This document shows, one piece after another, positions 63,113-64,000 of a stretch of 64,000 bases of DNA. Positions within the stretch are counted from its first letter, which is position 1. Every line of letters starts with the position of its first letter. Under the pieces are notes generated by a model. It was not told the DNA's origin. It saw nothing but the letters and a program-made list of their open reading frames with translations, and did no database searches. The stretch is from Raja brachyura (taxonomy: Eukaryota): assembly GCA_963514005.1 (NCBI GenBank), contig OY740787.1, positions 22,258,001-22,322,000 on the forward strand. Direction: 5' to 3'. Made by a program: the position numbers and the translations under genes.

Positions 63113-64000
63113 AGGGGCTTTTTCCAATTATGTCCAGGAAGATTTTTATAATATATTATAAACTACTAAAACATATTGGGTGCAAAATAAATGAAAGAGA
63201 CATTAATTCAGTCATAATACTGATGTCTTTGATAGCTCTTGTAAGTGCTTGAATGATCACAATCTGTCCATTTTCCTTGAGAAAGAAACAAAAGTTGGAA
63301 ATACAAAAATAGGTGAAATAATCTGCACTACATCTCGCATTAGATAATGATAATTGGCTACCAGGAATTAATTGTCTTGACAAAAGAGAGAGCTACAAAT
63401 GACACGATAATGACTTTTGATAAATTGTAAGATTTTGCTTGAGAATTGCTGAGCTTTTTATAATCTAACTTCTGGAATGCGCAGAGATAATGTTTGAATT
63501 ATGCTTTTTATAATGTAAGACTCAAAACCAAGACCTACGTAGGAAAAAAAACAATCTAACCCCCAAGGAGTTAGTTCAGCTGTGGACTTCAGCCTTGATA
63601 CCCGTCTTGTTCCAAAAAACATAATGCAAAAATGATTCTTTCAAAAGTTAAGGGGAAAAAAAATCCACATTTCTACTTGGGAAAACAAGGTCAATTTTGA
63701 TCTTTTTAGGTTTAATTAAATCATGTACTAGTGTCAAACGGATCTCTTATTGTACTCAAAAATACAGATGTGCATTGACAATATGGCATTCTATGACCTG
63801 CCACAAAGATAGCGACTTTTACAGCTAAGTGATGAATTGCCAGAGTTTTTATTTGGTCTAACAATGGATGTTTGTATTTTTCATTTGGCTGTGTCCTGGG
63901 ACTGAGGATGCCTTGCTCTATGGCATGCCGAACCTGGTTAATATGCCACTTTTTATCTTTATTGCTAACTGTAATATAGTGCACCTAATGCTTCTTCTTC

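Overview
Vertebrate genomic DNA, most likely a cartilaginous fish (skate/ray). This is inferred from HE1-type V-SINEs, HER1/CR1 LINEs and a Penelope-type short repeat family. The only host gene I can support is the 5' end of ZEB2 on the + strand: a non-coding exon 1 ending at 42768, exon 2 with the start codon at 45047 ([24 protein letters not shown]), then intron 2 to the window end. The first ~42 kb is repeat-rich intergenic sequence with several repeat-free blocks that may be conserved enhancers. The standout element is a full-length DIRS1-type tyrosine-recombinase retrotransposon at 2275-7635. It has intact gag and YR ORFs, an RT-RNaseH-methyltransferase pol frame broken by two nonsense codons, inverted terminal repeats and an internal complementary region. 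Its sequence also suggests an alternative-splicing and/or -1 frameshift scheme for expressing the three proteins. Also present: short TSD-flanked Penelope-type elements carrying a minimal hammerhead ribozyme motif, a PIF/Harbinger-type MITE, RTE and Rex1/Babar fragments, microsatellites and three N gaps. Boundaries of old repeats are approximate, and family names come from motif recognition, not database searches.
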